Shown: positions 10,991 to 13,048 of the stretch, piece by piece
How positions within the stretch are numbered: position 1 is the first letter of the stretch
How the letters are laid out: every line of letters starts with the position of its first letter
Assembly (NCBI GenBank): GCA_028713575.1
Contig: JAQTOB010000013.1
Span: 1 to 13,048 of the forward strand
Direction: 5' to 3'
DNA: 13,048 nucleotides
Source of the DNA: Patescibacteria group bacterium
Lineage (GTDB): Bacteria > Patescibacteriota > Patescibacteriia > UBA2591 > UBA6264
The notes under the pieces: model-generated
Told to the model about the DNA's origin: nothing
The model's input: the letters and a program-made list of their open reading frames with translations, nothing else
Databases searched by the model: none
Program-made: the position numbers and the translations under genes

Positions 10991-12778
10991 ATGATAAAAA
11001 AGAAAAAACAAACAAAAATTTTATTAGAAGGATTTAAAGAAATAATAGTTCATCTTAAAAAACACAAAAGAACTATTATTATTATTTCTTTTTTAAGTTT
11101 GATTTCTGCTTTGGCCAATGGAACCGCTCCTTATTTTCTTGGCAGGCTGACAGACTCCATTTTAGATAAAGAAAAGTTTTTTTTCTCAGAAAGAATTATT
11201 ATTCCGTATTTTTTAATTTTTTTATTCATTTGGACAGGAGTAAAAATTTTAGCCGATTTAATTGATTGGCAAAACAGATTAAAAAAAGAAAAACTGAATT
11301 ATGTTGCCTACGCCGATTATATTCGGAATTCTTTAGGTGCGATTTTAGAGCTACCCCTTTCTTTTTACAAAAATCAAAAAAGCGGGGAGGTTGCTGATAA
11401 AGTGGGACGAGCCGGGAATTGGATGTCTAGAATTTTAGAGATTATTGCCGATTTAATGCCACAGGTTATAAGTTTTTTGGTTGGTTCAATTATTTGTTTT
11501 TTAATCAAGCCGGTTTTGGGATTAATTTTAATAATCGGTTTGATAATTTATATTTTGGCTTTAATCAAAATAGTAAAGCCGGCCGCCAAATTACAACTCA
11601 AAGGACATAAGGCCTATTCCAAGGCCTTTAGTCATGCTTATGAAATCATTTTAAATACACCGACAGTTAAACAATCAGGAGCGGAAGAATATGAGAAAAA
11701 GAATTTTTTTAAAAATTTTTCTTTGAATATAGTAAACATTTGGATGAAAGTAGTCGTTATTTGGCACAAAATCGGATTTTTTCAAAGGCTTATTATTAAC
11801 TTAACCCGGTTGATTATTTTCATCATTTCTATTGTTTATATTCATCAAGGACAGATGACTATCGGGCAGCTGTTGATGTTTTTCTCTTATTCGTCAATGA
11901 TTTTTGATCCTTTTGTTCGTTTAGGATATAATTGGCAGACAATTCAAAACGGCTTGGTGGCGGTAAGCCGGGTAAAGAAAATTTTAGATATGCCAAAAGA
12001 AAAATATCAGCCCGATAAAAAAATTAAACTTTCCGAAATTAAAGGAGAGATTATTTTTGATAAAGTGAATTTTTCTTATCAAGACAACAAGGAATTAATT
12101 ATTAATAATATTAGCTTTAAAGTAAATCCCGGAGAAGTAATCGCCCTGGTCGGTGAATCAGGCGCAGGAAAGAGCACTTTGATAGATTTTATTTCCGCTT
12201 ATTATTTTCCCCAAAAGGGGCGAGTTTTAATTGACGGACAAAACATAAAGAATATAGACTTGCGATTTTTAAGAAGTAAGATTGCAATTGTTCCCCAAGA
12301 AGTTACCTTATTTAACGACAGCATTAAAAATAATATTGCTTATGGCAATTTTGGGAGTCAAGAAAAAGAAATAATTCAAGCGGCCAAACAAGCTTATGCT
12401 CATGATTTTATAGAGTCATTTCCTCAAAAGTATCAACAAGTGGTTGGCGAAAGGGGAGTCAAGCTTTCTGTCGGACAAAAACAAAGAATCGCCATTGCCC
12501 GCGCCATTTTAAAAAATCCAAAAATTCTTATTTTAGACGAACCCACCTCTGCCTTGGACGCCAAATCGGAAAAATTTATTCAAGAATCATTACAAGTGTT
12601 GATGAAAAACAGAACTACTTTTATTATTGCTCATCGTTTAAGCACGGTAAGGAAGGCGGACAAGATATTTGTTATTGATAAAGGCAAGATTGTGGAACAG
12701 GGAAATCATGAAGATTTAATAAAAATTCCTAACGGCAAATATCGTCAGCTTTACGAATTTCAAATCGGCTTGCTTTAA
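10991..12778 (+). CDS. ABC transporter, fused permease/ATP-binding half-transporter (type I exporter, MsbA/multidrug-like)
   Basis: An N-terminal domain of about 320 aa with six TM segments is followed by an NBD. The NBD has Walker A GESGAGKST, a Q-loop (VPQE), the signature LSVGQKQR, Walker B ILILDEPTSALD and an H-loop (IAHRL). Confidence 0.9.
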   Translation: MIKKKKQTKILLEGFKEIIVHLKKHKRTIIIISFLSLISALANGTAPYFLGRLTDSILDKEKFFFSERIIIPYFLIFLFIWTGVKILADLIDWQNRLKKEKLNYVAYADYIRNSLGAILELPLSFYKNQKSGEVADKVGRAGNWMSRILEIIADLMPQVISFLVGSIICFLIKPVLGLILIIGLIIYILALIKIVKPAAKLQLKGHKAYSKAFSHAYEIILNTPTVKQSGAEEYEKKNFFKNFSLNIVNIWMKVVVIWHKIGFFQRLIINLTRLIIFIISIVYIHQGQMTIGQLLMFFSYSSMIFDPFVRLGYNWQTIQNGLVAVSRVKKILDMPKEKYQPDKKIKLSEIKGEIIFDKVNFSYQDNKELIINNISFKVNPGEVIALVGESGAGKSTLIDFISAYYFPQKGRVLIDGQNIKNIDLRFLRSKIAIVPQEVTLFNDSIKNNIAYGNFGSQEKEIIQAAKQAYAHDFIESFPQKYQQVVGERGVKLSVGQKQRIAIARAILKNPKILILDEPTSALDAKSEKFIQESLQVLMKNRTTFIIAHRLSTVRKADKIFVIDKGKIVEQGNHEDLIKIPNGKYRQLYEFQIGLL

Positions 12779-12790
12779 TTTAGTTTTCTT

Positions 12791-12816
12791 TTATAATTAA
12801 TTGTGCTTAATTATAA
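12791..12816 (+). terminator. AT-only hairpin after the ABC gene (weak terminator candidate)
   Basis: TTATAATTAA (12791-12800) pairs with TTAATTATAA (12807-12816) around the loop TTGTGC, 13 nt after the stop. There are no G:C pairs, so it is thermodynamically weak. Confidence 0.3.
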
Positions 12817-12828
12817 CTTAAAAATTTT

Positions 12829-13048
12829 ATGCAATTTCCTTCTAATTTTAATTTAAAGCCCGCAAATGTATTGAAAATAGCCGGTTTGACTTTAGTCGTG
12901 ATTATTTTAATCAGTTTGGCTTTTCGTTTAATTGGTTCTTCAATAAGCAGTATAAACGTTGGGCAGAGCCCATTAGCCTATAAAGAAAGTTATAGCAAAG
13001 ATTACGGCCAGACTGACAGTAGCGTTGGTTTGTCTGTTAGAAATGTAA
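12829..13048 (+). CDS. Hypothetical membrane-anchored protein, N-terminal fragment (continues beyond the window)
   Basis: My own translation from ATG 12829: MQFPSNFNLKPANVLKIAGLTLVVIILISLAFRLIGSSISSINVGQSPLAYKESYSKDYGQTDSSVGLSVRNV, with no stop before the window end. It has one clear TM helix. It is absent from the ORF track, presumably because it is open-ended. Confidence 0.5.
   Translation, partial: MQFPSNFNLKPANVLKIAGLTLVVIILISLAFRLIGSSISSINVGQSPLAYKESYSKDYGQTDSSVGLSVRNV

Noticed and set aside
1-13048. CRISPR arrays, tRNA/rRNA genes, transposases, integrases, terminal inverted repeats, toxin-antitoxin or known defence genes
   Set aside because: I scanned all intergenic regions (the longest are 10672-10990 and 10333-10473) and the ORF translations. 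I found no direct-repeat arrays, no cloverleaf-like GC-rich segments and no recombinase or nuclease motifs.

Overview
This is an AT-rich window (about one-third G+C by eye) with very high gene density. I call 19 genes, 18 of them on the + strand. The code is standard, since TGA acts as a stop in two ATGA overlaps. Shine-Dalgarno signals are almost absent. The gene content suggests an uncultivated anaerobe, possibly CPR/Patescibacteria-like, but that is inference only. I found no rRNA, tRNA, CRISPR array or mobile element.

Layout from left to right:
- 3-248: 3' end of a SIMPL/DUF541 gene.
- 249-1391: TspO fused to an unknown soluble domain.
- 1518-6655: a tightly packed ten-gene, same-strand island. 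Its genes are a DUF5320 protein, an EncFtn-like mini-ferritin, two NifX-like cofactor-binding-domain proteins, a MinD/CooC-type ATPase with a 2x[4Fe-4S] insert, a CDF metal exporter with a Cys-rich tail, a DUF134 DNA-binding protein, a thioredoxin, and an exported CPHC thioredoxin fold fused to a CcdA/DsbD-like membrane domain.
- 6775-7775: an overlapping DUF2178 / XRE-HTH / HEAT-repeat operon. A perfect 30-bp palindrome covers its promoter.
- 7904-10332: a two-subunit 2-oxoacid:ferredoxin oxidoreductase.
- 10474-10671 (- strand): a convergent cold-shock gene with a strong extended -10 promoter and a leader of about 100 nt.
- 10991-12778: a fused TMD-NBD ABC exporter.
- 12829-13048: the 5' end of a membrane-anchored protein.

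The best candidate for an undescribed system is the metal/cofactor-handling island. Most of its families have, to my knowledge, no experimentally defined role. Also notable are the two unusual fusions (TspO and CDF) and two perfect DnaA-box 9-mers next to promoter -35 elements.
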